Origin: a virus
Lineage: Duplodnaviria > Heunggongvirae > Uroviricota > Caudoviricetes
Virus record (IMG/VR): IMGVR_UViG_2802429235_000005
Location: 1 to 16,478 of that record
Length of the DNA stretch: 16,478 nt
Direction: 5' to 3' (one strand)
Part shown: positions 16,131 through 16,478 of the stretch, one piece after another
Position numbering within the stretch: the stretch's first letter is position 1
Layout: the number at the start of each line of letters is the position of its first letter
Translations under genes and position numbers: made by a program
The notes under the pieces: model-generated
What the model saw: the letters and a program-made list of their open reading frames with translations, nothing else
What the model was told of the DNA's origin: nothing
Databases searched by the model: none

Positions 16131-16478
16131 ATGATACGAAAATCAAAAGAGATGGCCCGGACACCGGAGATCATTAACGACCTGGCGTTTCATGCATCGC
16201 AAGTTCTGATTGAGAGCATCAATCTCGACAGTTCATCGGCGGAAAATGTGGGCTTTGCCATTGCCGACCGAATGATGCGTAACTGGGGTGGGCAAAGCAT
16301 TTATTTCCCGAAAGGGATCTCCGGACGGGCGTCGGAGCGTGACTACCAAATCTATAGCGAGTGCGATGGTCGCAACTACGCCGAATTAGCGAAGAAATAT
16401 AATCTGACGTTGCAATGGATTTATAAGATAGTGAAACGCGTACATGCGGAAAAGCAACAGCGCCGTAGTAATTCGTAA
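16131..16478 (+). CDS. Mor/C-family transcriptional activator (phage Mu middle/late activator family)
   Basis: 115 aa. 'NWGGQSIYFPKG' and C-terminal 'DGRNYAELAKKYNLTLQWIYKIVKR' (HTH) fit the Mor/C pattern. GGAG 7 nt upstream of the ATG. Divergent from the lysis/tail cluster. Confidence 0.65.
   Translation: MIRKSKEMARTPEIINDLAFHASQVLIESINLDSSSAENVGFAIADRMMRNWGGQSIYFPKGISGRASERDYQIYSECDGRNYAELAKKYNLTLQWIYKIVKRVHAEKQQRRSNS

Noticed and set aside
1-16478. Integrase, transposase, att sites, tRNA or rRNA genes
   Set aside because: No ORF resembles a tyrosine or serine recombinase or a Mu-type transposase, and no tRNA-like sequence or flanking direct repeats were seen by eye. Absence within the window does not exclude them just outside.

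Overview
Almost the whole window (806-15593, minus strand) is one phage-derived contractile-tail gene cluster, and the best reading is an SOS-wired, headless tail module, i.e. a candidate R-type tailocin. Reading in the direction of transcription: a holin-like gene, a signal-peptide-bearing lytic transglycosylase and a spanin-like gene; an intrinsic terminator; then an uninterrupted, tightly overlapping run of tail genes (two small Mu gp37/gp38-position proteins, sheath, tube, chaperone, tape measure, gpU/N-like, gpX, gpD, gpV spike, gpW, gpJ, gpI, a repeat-containing tail fibre and its chaperone) ending in a translationally coupled cargo gene. No capsid, portal, terminase, replication or integrase gene lies between the lysis cassette and the tail genes. 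Upstream is a 537-bp AT-rich divergent control region with a near-consensus LexA box (15890-15909) and a divergently transcribed Mor/C-family activator gene (16131-16478). At the left end a convergent Pol-beta-type nucleotidyltransferase gene (1-792) abuts the operon across a shared GC hairpin. All ORFs look intact. The alternative, the tail/lysis arm of an unusually organised Mu/P2-hybrid prophage, cannot be excluded without flanking sequence. All family assignments are from reading the translations by eye; no database search was run, and coordinates of small motifs may be off by a few nucleotides.
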